DNA of 64,000 nucleotides from contig JBGOVO010000001.1 of the NCBI GenBank assembly GCA_041478145.1, positions 5,702 through 69,701 of the forward strand, written 5' to 3'. This document shows positions 1 to 9,367 of the stretch, piece by piece. This DNA comes from Candidatus Methylomirabilia bacterium. Lineage in GTDB: Bacteria; Methylomirabilota; Methylomirabilia; Rokubacteriales; CSP1-6. Each line of letters starts with the position of its first letter. Position 1 is the first letter of the stretch. The notes beneath the pieces were generated by a model. The model had not been told where the DNA came from and made no database searches. It was given only the letters and a program-made list of their open reading frames with translations. Made by a program: the position numbers and the translations under genes.

Positions 1-938
1 CCGCGCGGATCCGGGAGCAGGGCGAGATGAACGTGGTCAAGGTCATCGACCCTCCCGGCTTCCCGAGCAAGGCGCCGAACCAGCGCCGCATGCAGTTCGT
101 GGGGCTGGCGCTCGCCCTGGCCCTCGTGATCGGTCTGGGCGCCCCCGCCACGGCCGAGTACTTCAACCGTCCAATCATGGGTGAGGTGGACGTCAAGCAT
201 CTCACCGGTCTGCCGATCCTGACCGCGGTGCCCCAGGTCCACTCGCAGAAAGTGATGATCAACTCGGCCGACGACCAGACTGGGCGAGAGGACTATCACC
301 TCTTCGTCGACGCCTTCCGCCGACTGCGCGTCGAGCTGCAGATGCTCGGCGGCGAGACGCCCCTGCGACGGATCCTGGTGGCCAGCTCCCTGCCCTTCGA
401 GGGTAAGTCCACGATCGTCTTCAACCTCGGCCTGGCCTTCGGTGAGGTCGGCAAGCGGGTCCTCATCGCGGACGCCGACTTCCACCGGCCCACGCTCCAC
501 CGGATCGCCAACGCCACGCCGCGGAAGGGCTTCACGGACCTGCTGGCGGGCGCGACCACGCTCGCCGACACGATCACGTCGATCACGGAGAACGTGCACC
601 TCACTCCGCGAGGCAGCGCCCTTACCGCCCCCGCCAAGACGGGCCTCGGGACCGAGCGGCTCGCCCGGATCCTCGGCGACATGGCGGACGAGGCCGACTA
701 CGTGTTGATGGACTCGTCGCCCATTCTCCTGATTCCGGACAACCTGTACATGGCCGCGGCGGCCGACGGCATTGTGCTCGTGGTGGCGGTGGGGCAAACG
801 CGTCCCCGCGATCTCGTCCGGAGCAAGGCCATCCTGGAGCGGTCCGGAACACCGATCGTCGGCGTGGTGCTGAACCGCACGCCGCTGAAGCACCTGAACT
901 CCTACTACAAGCAGTACAGCGCGTACTACAGCGACTGA
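1..938 (+). CDS. Wzc-like polysaccharide co-polymerase / BY-family tyrosine autokinase, C-terminal part (5' partial; first in-window Met at 27 is probably internal)
   Basis: A TM segment (FVGLALALALVIGLG) is followed by a ParA/MinD-like P-loop domain (PFEGKSTIVFNLGLAFGEVGKRVLIADADFHRPTLH) and a tyrosine-rich C-terminal tail (SYYKQYSAYYSD), as in BY-kinases. The reading frame is open to position 1. Confidence 0.6.
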   Translation, partial: ARIREQGEMNVVKVIDPPGFPSKAPNQRRMQFVGLALALALVIGLGAPATAEYFNRPIMGEVDVKHLTGLPILTAVPQVHSQKVMINSADDQTGREDYHLFVDAFRRLRVELQMLGGETPLRRILVASSLPFEGKSTIVFNLGLAFGEVGKRVLIADADFHRPTLHRIANATPRKGFTDLLAGATTLADTITSITENVHLTPRGSALTAPAKTGLGTERLARILGDMADEADYVLMDSSPILLIPDNLYMAAAADGIVLVVAVGQTRPRDLVRSKAILERSGTPIVGVVLNRTPLKHLNSYYKQYSAYYSD

Positions 939-976
939 CCTTCAACCCCCAAACCGCACAGGGAGCACTGACAGCC

Positions 977-2287
977 GTGTGGACCAAGATCCTCCGCGAG
1001 AAACTGGAGACGCGCAGCGCGCGCGTGAGTGTCATCGGACTCGGCTACGTCGGCCTCAGTCTCGCCGTCGAGCTGGCCAAGGCCGGGGTGGTCGTCCGCG
1101 GTATCGACCTGGACCTCGAGCGGGTCAGCCTCCTGAACCGCGGGGAGTCGTACCTGGTGGACGTCCCCACCGAGGCCCTCGCCCCGCTGGTGGCGGACGG
1201 CCGCCTGACCGCCTCCACCGCCTTCGACGAGGCGGGCGGCGCTGACGCCCTCATCATCTGCGTTCCGACTCCGCTCCGGAAGACCAAGGAGCCGGACATC
1301 TCCTTCATCCTCTCGGCGGTGGAGAGCCTCCTGCCGCACCTCCGGCCCGGCCAGCTCATGGTGCTGGAGAGCACGACGTACCCCGGCACGACTGAGGAGG
1401 TCGTCCAGCCGCGCCTCGAAGCGAGCGGGCTCGTGATCGGCCACGACTTCTTCCTCGCCTTCTCGCCTGAGCGGGTGGACCCCGGCAACAAGTGCTTCAC
1501 CACCGCCAACATCCCCAAGGTGGTGGGGGGCGTGACACCGGCCTGCACGCAACTCGCGGCCGCGCTCTACCGGCAGGTCACCACGAGCGTGTTCGAGGTC
1601 TCCAGCCCTCGTGTGGCCGAGACCGCAAAGCTCCTCGAGAACACCTTCCGGAGCGTGAACATCGCGCTCGCCAACGAGCTGGCCTTCGCCTGCCGGAAGA
1701 TCGGCGTGGATCCGTGGGAGGTCATCGACGCGGCGGCTACGAAGCCCTTCGGCTTCATGCCGTTCTATCCCGGGCCCGGCATCGGCGGTCATTGCATCCC
1801 GGTCGACCCCCTGTACCTCTCCTGGAAGATCCGTCTCACCGGCTACGAGGCGCAGTTCATCGCGCTGGCTGACCAGGTCAACCGGGCCATGCCGGAGCAC
1901 GTCGTCACCCTGGTCGTCGACGCCCTGAACGAGCGCGGGCGGGCCCTGCGTGGCGCTTCCGTCCTCGTCATGGGCGTCACCTACAAGGCGGACGTCAACG
2001 ATATCCGTGAGTCCCCGTCGCTCGAGATCATCGAGATGCTCGAGAAGAAGGGCGCGCAGGTCTCCTACGCGGATCCGTTCACCCCGCAGATCGTCTCGAG
2101 CGGCATCAAGCTGAGCGCGGTCGAGCCCAGCCCGGAGAACATCGCGGCCGCCGACTGCGTGCTGATCCTCACGAACCACTCGAGCTTCGACGGCGCCGTT
2201 ATCGCGGATCGCGCCAAGCTCGTGGTGGATACCCGGAACGCGCTCAAGGCTCATCGGCAGAGCCGCGCCTCCATCGTCACCCTCTGA
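977..2287 (+). CDS. UDP-N-acetyl-D-hexosamine 6-dehydrogenase (UDP-glucose/GDP-mannose dehydrogenase family, WbpA/TviB-like)
   Basis: N-terminal Rossmann motif VSVIGLGYVGLSLAVELAKAG and a catalytic-Cys region GPGIGGHCIPVDP. Length about 436 aa, with a GTG start. Confidence 0.85.
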   Translation: MWTKILREKLETRSARVSVIGLGYVGLSLAVELAKAGVVVRGIDLDLERVSLLNRGESYLVDVPTEALAPLVADGRLTASTAFDEAGGADALIICVPTPLRKTKEPDISFILSAVESLLPHLRPGQLMVLESTTYPGTTEEVVQPRLEASGLVIGHDFFLAFSPERVDPGNKCFTTANIPKVVGGVTPACTQLAAALYRQVTTSVFEVSSPRVAETAKLLENTFRSVNIALANELAFACRKIGVDPWEVIDAAATKPFGFMPFYPGPGIGGHCIPVDPLYLSWKIRLTGYEAQFIALADQVNRAMPEHVVTLVVDALNERGRALRGASVLVMGVTYKADVNDIRESPSLEIIEMLEKKGAQVSYADPFTPQIVSSGIKLSAVEPSPENIAAADCVLILTNHSSFDGAVIADRAKLVVDTRNALKAHRQSRASIVTL

Positions 2288-2295
2288 GGTTCACC

Positions 2296-3297
2296 ATGCG
2301 TACCGTCCTTGTCACCGGCGGCGCCGGCTTCATCGGCTCTCATCTCGTCGACCAGCTCCTGGACGGCGGGGCCGCCGTACGGGTTCTCGACAATCTCTCG
2401 ACGGGCTCCCTGGTCAACCTGCAGGCGGCCGCCGAGCGGCACCCGCAGCAAGGCCGCGCGCCGAACCGCGGCCGTCTCGAGTTCATCATCGGCGACATCC
2501 GGGATCGGGAACTCCTTCGCAAGGCCCTCCGGAACGTCAAGTACGTCTTTCATCTGGCGGCCCTGCCGCCGAGCGCCGTCTCGGTCACGGACCCCGGTGA
2601 CGTCCATGCCGTGAACGTGGAAGGCACCTTGAACCTGCTCCACGGCGCCCTCACGGAGGGGGTGTGGCGCGTGGTCCTCGGGTCCTGCGCCTCCGTGTAT
2701 GGGCTGCCCGAGGTCGTGCCGGTCTCCGAGGACGCCCCCCTGCGGCCCACCAGTCTCTTCGCCGCCTCCAAGGTGGCCGCGGAGACGTACTGTCGAGCCT
2801 TCCATGCGCGCCACCAGCTGGACACCGTGATGCTGCGCTATTTCACGATCTACGGTCCGCGACAGAGAGCGACGGCGGCCGGGGTCATCGCCCCCAAGCT
2901 GATCGAGGCCCTCCGGCAGCGCCACCCCTTCGTCGATCAGGACGACCGCAGCGCCGAGGATTTCACCTACGTGGAGGACGCCGTCGCCGCCACCCTGGCC
3001 GCGGCGCGCGCCCCGCGGGCCGCCGGCCGGGCCATCAACGTCGGCTCCGGCCAGATGGTGGCCATCAGCGACGTGCTGGGCATTCTCGCCAGTCTCGTGC
3101 GCGTACCGGTCACCACCGGTTTCCCGCGGAGCCCGGACGCGCCAGTGTACCGGATCTGCGCCCAGACAACGCTCGCCACCGAGCTGCTCGAGTTCACCCC
3201 GCGCGTGTCGCTGATCGCCGGGCTGGCGCGCATGGTCAGCTCCCTGGACGGACAGCCTGAACGAGCAGCCCTCGCGCCCGTGGGCTCCGATGATTAA
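2296..3297 (+). CDS. NAD-dependent epimerase/dehydratase (WbpP/TviC-like UDP-HexNAc(A) 4-epimerase candidate)
   Basis: MRTVLVTGGAGFIGSHLVDQLL Rossmann motif and SDR fold. Lies immediately downstream of the dehydrogenase, as in the WbpA-WbpP / TviB-TviC gene pairs. Confidence 0.8.
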   Translation: MRTVLVTGGAGFIGSHLVDQLLDGGAAVRVLDNLSTGSLVNLQAAAERHPQQGRAPNRGRLEFIIGDIRDRELLRKALRNVKYVFHLAALPPSAVSVTDPGDVHAVNVEGTLNLLHGALTEGVWRVVLGSCASVYGLPEVVPVSEDAPLRPTSLFAASKVAAETYCRAFHARHQLDTVMLRYFTIYGPRQRATAAGVIAPKLIEALRQRHPFVDQDDRSAEDFTYVEDAVAATLAAARAPRAAGRAINVGSGQMVAISDVLGILASLVRVPVTTGFPRSPDAPVYRICAQTTLATELLEFTPRVSLIAGLARMVSSLDGQPERAALAPVGSDD

Positions 3298-4150
3298 CGC
3301 CCTGACGTTCGACGTTGAGGATTATTTCCACGCCGAGGCCTTCGCGGGCGTCGTGCGGCCTGAGGAGTGGCCTGGCCTCGAGAGCCGGGTGGTGGCCGCC
3401 ACCGAGCGAATCCTGAGCCTGCTCGGGGAGACCGGCACGCGCGCGACCTTCTTCGTGCTGGGCTGGGTCGCGGAGCGTCATCCGCGCCTGGTGGCCGCCA
3501 TCCGGTCCAAGGGCCATGAGGTCGCCTGCCATGGCTATGGCCACCAGATGATCACGCGGCTGAGCCGGCCTCAGTTCGCCGCCGATCTGGAGCGCGCGAA
3601 GGCCACCCTGGAGGACGCCGCCGGCGTCGCGGTGGTCGGCTATCGAGCGCCGACCTTCTCGGTGGTACGCGAGACCCTCTGGAGCCTGGAGGTCCTCGCC
3701 GAGACCGGCTTCCTCTACGATTCGAGCATCTTTCCGATCGTGCACGACCGCTACGGCATCCCGGACGCGCCGCGCTTCCCACACCGGCGGGCCGTGGGCT
3801 CCGGGAGCGCCATCGCGGAGTTTCCGCTCTCGACGGTCTGCCGGCTGAGGTGGCGCTTCCCGGTCGCGGGCGGCGGCTACTTCCGGCTGCTTCCCTACGC
3901 GGTCACGGCCTGGGCGCTCCGCCAGCTCAACCGGAAGGAAAGCCAACCCGCGATCGTCTACCTGCACCCGTGGGAGATCGACCCCGGGCAGCCGCGGCTG
4001 CCGGTGGACCGGCTCACCCAGTTTCGCCACTCGGTCAATACCCGCACCACCGAGGCGAAGCTCCGACGGCTGCTGCGCGACTTCCACTTCGCCCCGGTCC
4101 GGGACGTGTTGGCGGGCTCCGGGATCATGGCGGCCGGAGGAGTCTCGTGA
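3290..4150 (+). CDS. polysaccharide deacetylase family protein, PEP-CTERM-locus subfamily
   Basis: N-terminus MINALTFDVEDYFH is typical of the NodB-like deacetylases that accompany exosortase A loci. Its ATG overlaps the stop of the upstream gene. Confidence 0.8.
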   Translation: MINALTFDVEDYFHAEAFAGVVRPEEWPGLESRVVAATERILSLLGETGTRATFFVLGWVAERHPRLVAAIRSKGHEVACHGYGHQMITRLSRPQFAADLERAKATLEDAAGVAVVGYRAPTFSVVRETLWSLEVLAETGFLYDSSIFPIVHDRYGIPDAPRFPHRRAVGSGSAIAEFPLSTVCRLRWRFPVAGGGYFRLLPYAVTAWALRQLNRKESQPAIVYLHPWEIDPGQPRLPVDRLTQFRHSVNTRTTEAKLRRLLRDFHFAPVRDVLAGSGIMAAGGVS

Positions 4151-5235
4151 GGATTCTCGCCGTCGTCGGAGCCCGGCCGAACTTCGTCAAGATCGCGCCG
4201 ATCATGGCGGAGCTGGCGGAGTACCCCTACATCGCCACCACGCTGGTGCACACCGGTCAGCACTACGACGCGCAGATGTCGGACTCCTTCTTCGCGAACC
4301 TCGAGATCCCGCGGCCGGACGTCAACCTGAAGGTGCAGGCGGCAAGAGCGGTGACCCAGATTGCGGAGATCATGACGCGGATCGAGCCGGTGATCGAGCA
4401 CACGCGCCCCGACGTCGTGGTGGTGGTGGGTGACGTCAACTCCACCGTGGCCGCCACCCTCGCCGCGGTCAAGGCGGGACGGCCGGTGGCGCACGTGGAG
4501 GCGGGACTCCGCAGCTTCGACCGCAACATGCCGGAAGAGGTGAACCGGGTCCTCACCGACGCCGTCTCCGATCTGCTCTTCACCACGGAGTTATCGGGGG
4601 ACGAGAACCTCGCGCGAGAGGGTGTGGCCGCCGACAAGGTCCACTTCGTCGGCAACGTGATGATCGACACCCTGTTCCGCTACCGGGAGCGCGCGCGCCA
4701 GTCGGACGTGCTCGATCGCCTCGGTCTCGGGTCCGCCGGGTACGCCGTGCTGACGCTGCACCGGCCGAGCAACGTGGACGACGAGGGCACGCTGGGGCTG
4801 CTCCTGGGCGCCATCGCGCGCATCCAGGCCGAGATCCCGGTGGTCTTCCCCGTGCACCCGAGGACGCGGCGGCGGCTGGAGGCGCTTTCCGCCGTCCTTC
4901 CTCCGATGCCCGGCCTTCGACTGGCCGATCCGATGCCGTATCTCGACTTCGTCCAGCTCATGGGGGAGTCACGCTGCATCCTGACGGACTCCGGCGGCAT
5001 CCAGGAGGAGACTACCGCGCTGGGGATTCCGTGCCTCACCCTCCGCCACAACACCGAAAGGCCGGTGACCGTGACGCGCGGCACCAACCGCATCGTGGGT
5101 ACGGAGCCCGACGCGATCTATCAAAGCTGGCGCGAGGTGGCGGAGGGGCGCTGGCCCGCGGGCGAGCTGCCGGAGCTGTGGGACGGCAAGGCTGCGGGGC
5201 GGATCGTACGCATTCTCCTCGGGACCACCAAGTAG
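4147..5235 (+). CDS. wecB: UDP-N-acetylglucosamine 2-epimerase (non-hydrolysing)
   Basis: VRILAVVGARPNFVKIAPIMAEL...HTGQHYD...VVVGDVNST...VHVEAGLRSFDR is the WecB/MnaA signature. A GTG at 4147 overlaps the upstream TGA (GTGA). The longer track ORF from 3850 overlaps the deacetylase and was rejected. Confidence 0.85.
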   Translation: MRILAVVGARPNFVKIAPIMAELAEYPYIATTLVHTGQHYDAQMSDSFFANLEIPRPDVNLKVQAARAVTQIAEIMTRIEPVIEHTRPDVVVVVGDVNSTVAATLAAVKAGRPVAHVEAGLRSFDRNMPEEVNRVLTDAVSDLLFTTELSGDENLAREGVAADKVHFVGNVMIDTLFRYRERARQSDVLDRLGLGSAGYAVLTLHRPSNVDDEGTLGLLLGAIARIQAEIPVVFPVHPRTRRRLEALSAVLPPMPGLRLADPMPYLDFVQLMGESRCILTDSGGIQEETTALGIPCLTLRHNTERPVTVTRGTNRIVGTEPDAIYQSWREVAEGRWPAGELPELWDGKAAGRIVRILLGTTK

Positions 5236-5247
5236 GCCGGGAACGCC

Positions 5248-6273
5248 GTGGACATCCGACCGCTCACGACCGAGACCGTTGAGTGGGATGCCTTCGTGCG
5301 CAGCGCGTCGGGAGGCAGCCCCTTCCACCTGATCGCCTGGAAGCGTGCAGTCGAGAGCGCCTTCGGGCACCGGCCACACTACCTCATGGCCGTGCGCGGA
5401 GGTGGCCTCGAAGGCGTGCTGCCCCTGTTCGAGGTGCGCGGGCTGTTCGGAGGCCGCGGGCTCGTTTCCGTGCCCTACGGCGTCTACGGCGGCATCTGCG
5501 CGTCGGTCGCGCCCGCTCGCCGCGCGCTCGTGGAAGCGGCGCGCGAGCTGGGCCGCCGCCTCGGCGTCGAGTACGTGGAGCTGAGGCATCGGCCCACCCA
5601 GCAGCTAGACGAGCTTCCGACCAAGAGCATGTACGTGACGTTCTCGCGTTCCGTCTCGGCCAACGACGAGGAGAACCTCACCGCTATCCCGCGCAAGCAG
5701 CGGCGGATGACGCGCCAGGGCCTCAAGCACGGGCTCCGCGCCGAGATCGGTCTGCACCACCTCGACGCTTTCTGGCACGTCTATGCCCACAGCGTGCACG
5801 CGCTCGGCTCGCCGGTGTTCCCGCGCCGGCTCTTCCGCGCGATCGCCCACGAGTTCGGCAAGGAGTGCGAGCTGCTGACGGTCTGGAAGGACGAGCGGAT
5901 GGTCTCGGGCGTGCTCTCGCTCTACTACGAGGACCAGGTGCTCCCCTACTACGGAGGAGCCCTGTCGGACGCGCTGCCGTACGCGGTGAACGACTTCATG
6001 TACTGGGAGCTCATGTGCCACGTGGCGAAGGCCGGCTGCCGGATCTTCGACTTCGGCCGCAGTCGCGAGGGCACCGGCGCCTATCATTTCAAGCGGCACT
6101 GGGGCTTCGAGCCCGTGCCGCTCCCGTATCAGTACATCCTGGCGGGCGGTCGTGAGATGCCCAATGTGAGCCCGTCCAACCCCAAGATGCGCCTGGCCGT
6201 GAAGACCTGGAAGCGACTGCCGCTGCCGCTGACGAAGGTCGTCGGCCCGCTGCTGACGCGATACCTGCCATGA
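5248..6273 (+). CDS. FemAB-family protein, PEP-CTERM system-associated subfamily
   Basis: About 340 aa with a FemAB/GNAT-like fold (HLIAWKRAV...YYGGALSDALPYAVNDFMYWELMCHVAKAGCRIFDFGRS). This architecture is typical of the pepcterm_femAB proteins of exosortase A loci. Confidence 0.7.
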   Translation: MDIRPLTTETVEWDAFVRSASGGSPFHLIAWKRAVESAFGHRPHYLMAVRGGGLEGVLPLFEVRGLFGGRGLVSVPYGVYGGICASVAPARRALVEAARELGRRLGVEYVELRHRPTQQLDELPTKSMYVTFSRSVSANDEENLTAIPRKQRRMTRQGLKHGLRAEIGLHHLDAFWHVYAHSVHALGSPVFPRRLFRAIAHEFGKECELLTVWKDERMVSGVLSLYYEDQVLPYYGGALSDALPYAVNDFMYWELMCHVAKAGCRIFDFGRSREGTGAYHFKRHWGFEPVPLPYQYILAGGREMPNVSPSNPKMRLAVKTWKRLPLPLTKVVGPLLTRYLP

Positions 6274-7526
6274 ATATCCTCATGCTCGGACGGTGGCTCC
6301 CGCCGCCGCGGCGGCCCGTCAAGGCCACGCGCGAGTACCAGTTCGCGCGCGAGCTGGCCCGGAGCCATCACCTCACGCTCGCGTTCATCAACGACAATCC
6401 CGACGCGGCCGGCGTGATATCCGCGCTGCGCAGCGATTTCGGCGATCTGGAGTTTGCCTCGGTGCCACGCGCCTGGAGGTCGCTCGCCGGCGCCATCAGC
6501 CTCGCCACCGGCGAGTCGTGCACGCTGTCGTACTTCCGGTCGGAAGCCCTGAGAACCCGGCTCGCCGAGCGGCTCCGTCGCGCTCCCTACGACGCCGTGC
6601 TCGTGACGTCCTCCAGCATGCTCCAGTACGCGCTCGGGGTGGACCGGGCCATTCCCCTGGTCGTGGACTTCGGCTCCGTGGACTCGGAGTGGTGGGCCGC
6701 CCAGGGCACGCGGAGCTCGTTCCCGTCGGGCCAATTCTTCCGGACCGAGGCCGCCCGCCTTCGGGCCGCGGAGTCGGCGGCCGCCAAGCTAGCCGCGCGC
6801 TGCATCGTCGCGACCTCGGAGGCGGCGCGGATCGTCCAGTCGCTCTCGGCGGGAGAGCCGACCGCGGTGATTCCCAACGGGCTGGATCTCGACTTTTTCG
6901 GTGCGGTGCCGCGTCCGAGCACCAGCCCGACCGTCATCCTGAATGCCGCGCCGGGTGTCGACGACGGGCTCGCCGACATCGTGCAGTTCTGCCGCGAAGT
7001 CGTTCCGCTGGTGAAGGCGCGCTTTCCGAAGGTCCGGTTCATCGTCTCCACCCGGGACCCGCTCGCCGGCGGCAAGCGGCCCGCTAGTCTCCCGGAGCTC
7101 GAGATCGCGGGGCCGGCGACCGACCTCCGTGCCCTCTTCCATAGCCACGCGGTGGCGGCGGCCCCGGCCGGCTCGAGGGTGGACGTGCGGAGCAGCGTGC
7201 TCGAGCCCATGGCGGCCGGCATCCCGGTGGTCGCGGGTACCTATCTTCGGGATGAGCTCGGGGCCAAGGCCGGCGGGGCGCTGCTCGTCTGCGAGACCGC
7301 GTTCGATTTCGGCCTGCGGATCATTCAGCTCCTGGAAGATGCGGCCTTCCGGGTGGAGCTCGGGGCGCGGGGCCGGGCGTATGCGGCCGCCCATCACGCC
7401 TGGAGCGTGCTGACGCCGAGGCTCGCCGAGATCGTGGAGAGCCTGGCCAAGCCGACCTGCGGGCCGCCCTCGCTGGCCCCCGCCGCGCTCAATCCCCGAA
7501 CTCCACTCCACGGCGACGCGCAATGA
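6270..7526 (+). CDS. glycosyltransferase family 4 (PEP-CTERM/EpsH1-associated sugar transferase-like, divergent)
   Basis: MNILMLGRWLPPP... N-terminus parallels the MNILFLCHRLPYPP gene at 20644. C-terminal GT-B fold motifs are present (EPMAAGIPVVAG). ATG overlaps the upstream stop. Confidence 0.65.
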   Translation: MNILMLGRWLPPPRRPVKATREYQFARELARSHHLTLAFINDNPDAAGVISALRSDFGDLEFASVPRAWRSLAGAISLATGESCTLSYFRSEALRTRLAERLRRAPYDAVLVTSSSMLQYALGVDRAIPLVVDFGSVDSEWWAAQGTRSSFPSGQFFRTEAARLRAAESAAAKLAARCIVATSEAARIVQSLSAGEPTAVIPNGLDLDFFGAVPRPSTSPTVILNAAPGVDDGLADIVQFCREVVPLVKARFPKVRFIVSTRDPLAGGKRPASLPELEIAGPATDLRALFHSHAVAAAPAGSRVDVRSSVLEPMAAGIPVVAGTYLRDELGAKAGGALLVCETAFDFGLRIIQLLEDAAFRVELGARGRAYAAAHHAWSVLTPRLAEIVESLAKPTCGPPSLAPAALNPRTPLHGDAQ

Positions 7527-9367
7527 GCGGCGTGGCGGGGATCGTCTTCCGGGATCCGGAGCGGCCGATCGAGGTGTCGGCGGCCGTCGCGTTTACGCCG
7601 GGAGTCGGTGACCACCCGCGGCCGGCACCGCTGTCGGCGCCCGGTCTCTTCCTGCAGGGCGTCGGCGGAAGCACACGCTCGGAGAAGCGGCCAGACGCGC
7701 TCGTCGTCGCCGATCTCGACGTCACGAACCTCGACGACCTTCTCACGAGTGCGCGCAGCGCCTCCCCGGGAGAAGCCCTGAGCCGGCTCTATCGTCGAGA
7801 GGGCGCCGAGTTCCTGACGCGGCTCCGGGGACCGTTCGCCCTGGCGATCTGGCTCCCGGTCGAGCGCCGTCTCCTGCTCGCGGGGGACCGCTTCGGCATC
7901 CGTCGCATCTACTACGCCGCCAGCGGCGACGGGCTGGCTTTCGGTCCGCAGGCGCCCGACGTCCTGGCGCGGGCGGACGGTCCGAGGGACCTGGATCCGA
8001 GCGCGATCTACGCCTACATGAACTTCGGCACCGTCCCGGCGCCCCAGAGCATGTACCGCGCCGTCCGGCGTCTGCCGCCCGGGCAGGCGCTTCTCTGGGA
8101 TGACGGCCACGTCTCGGTGCGGCCGTACTGGGACCTCGCCTACGAGGAGCAGCGGCGCCCACCCGCGATGGCCGCCGCCGACATGGTGCGCTACACCGAA
8201 GAGGCAGTACGTCAGGCTCTGGTCGGGACCGATCCGAAGAGCACCGGTGCCTTCCTCAGCGGCGGCACGGACAGCAGCACGGTGGTGGGCCTGATGGCCC
8301 GACTGACCGGCGAGCAGGTCCATACCTTCTCGATCGGCTTCCGTGAGCAGCGCTACAACGAGCTGGCCTACGCGCAGCTGGCCGCGCGCCACTTCAGCGC
8401 CGCCCACTATACGCAGCTGGTCACTCCCGACCAGGCGTTCGCTTGCCTCCCCGAGCTCGTCGCGGGGTACGACGAGCCCTTCGGCAACAACTCGGCGATC
8501 CCCACCTACCTCTGCGCGCGCCTGGCCCGCGAGAACGGCATGGAGCGGCTCCTGGCGGGCGATGGTGGCGACGAGATCTTCGGTGGCAACGAGCGCTACC
8601 GGCGGGAGCAAATCCTGGCCCGCTACGGTGTCATCCCCGCGCCGATCCGGGCCCGGCTCATCGAGCCCGTGCTCCGCGCGCTTCCGGCCGGAGGCCCGAC
8701 CCTCCTGGGCAAGGCCCAGCGCTACGTCGCTCGGGCGTCGCAGCCGAATCCCGACCGCTTCTACTCGAGCGAGTTCCTTCTCGCCCACGAAGGCGGCCGG
8801 CTGCTCGACCCGGGCTTCCTCGGGCTCGTCGACCGCGACGGGCCCCTGGAGATCGCTCGGGGCCACTACCGGGCCGCCCGCGCCACCTCCAATCTCAACC
8901 GCCTCCTCTACGTGGACATGAAGATCACCCTCGGGGACAACGATCTGCTCAAGGTCTCGCGAGCGGCCGAGCTGGCGGGCATCGCAGTCCGCTTTCCGAT
9001 GCTGGACCATCCGCTGGTTGAGTTCACCGCCACCCTCCCCGCTCGCGACAAGGTCCGAGGGACCGAGAAGCGTTACCTCTTCAAGCGCGCCTTCGCCTCG
9101 CTGCTTCCCCGCGAGATCCTGGCGAAGACGAAGCACGGCTTTGGTCTCCCGATCAGCGACTGGCTGAAGAATCACGCGCCGTTCCGGGACCTAGCCCGCG
9201 ACACGCTCCTATCGGCCCGGTCCCGCCAGCGTGGCTACTATGCGCCCGGTGCCCTCCAGTGGCTGTTCGACCAGCACCAGGCCGACGGGACGCCGTACTA
9301 CGGCGACATCCTCTGGTCGCTTCTCATGCTCGAGCTGTGGCACTGCCATCACGAGGCCGGCGAATGA
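7523..9367 (+). CDS. asparagine synthetase (AsnB)-family amidotransferase paralog with degenerate glutaminase domain (Cys1 to Ser)
   Basis: C-terminal synthetase domain is intact (FLSGGTDSST, DEPFGNNSAIPTYLCARLARENG..LAGDGGDEIFGGNERY). N-terminus is MSGVAGIVF instead of MCGI, and the HRGPD and NGEIYN glutaminase motifs are absent. Confidence 0.8.
   Translation: MSGVAGIVFRDPERPIEVSAAVAFTPGVGDHPRPAPLSAPGLFLQGVGGSTRSEKRPDALVVADLDVTNLDDLLTSARSASPGEALSRLYRREGAEFLTRLRGPFALAIWLPVERRLLLAGDRFGIRRIYYAASGDGLAFGPQAPDVLARADGPRDLDPSAIYAYMNFGTVPAPQSMYRAVRRLPPGQALLWDDGHVSVRPYWDLAYEEQRRPPAMAAADMVRYTEEAVRQALVGTDPKSTGAFLSGGTDSSTVVGLMARLTGEQVHTFSIGFREQRYNELAYAQLAARHFSAAHYTQLVTPDQAFACLPELVAGYDEPFGNNSAIPTYLCARLARENGMERLLAGDGGDEIFGGNERYRREQILARYGVIPAPIRARLIEPVLRALPAGGPTLLGKAQRYVARASQPNPDRFYSSEFLLAHEGGRLLDPGFLGLVDRDGPLEIARGHYRAARATSNLNRLLYVDMKITLGDNDLLKVSRAAELAGIAVRFPMLDHPLVEFTATLPARDKVRGTEKRYLFKRAFASLLPREILAKTKHGFGLPISDWLKNHAPFRDLARDTLLSARSRQRGYYAPGALQWLFDQHQADGTPYYGDILWSLLMLELWHCHHEAGE

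Noticed and set aside
926-2254. 442-aa minus-strand ORF antisense to the dehydrogenase gene. Similar long antisense ORFs occur at 7394-9175, 13494-15935, 24937-26850, 27459-29918, 38549-41305 and elsewhere.
   Set aside because: They are Arg/Gly/Ala/Pro-rich low-complexity translations of the type generated by high-GC third-position bias opposite real genes. They have no domain motifs, and the sense-strand genes have clear family signatures.
3850-4146. Upstream extension of the wecB ORF that overlaps the deacetylase gene.
   Set aside because: The homologous WecB N-terminus begins at (M/V)RILAVVGARPNF. GTG 4147 overlaps the upstream stop in the usual coupled arrangement. The extension is proline/arginine-rich junk.
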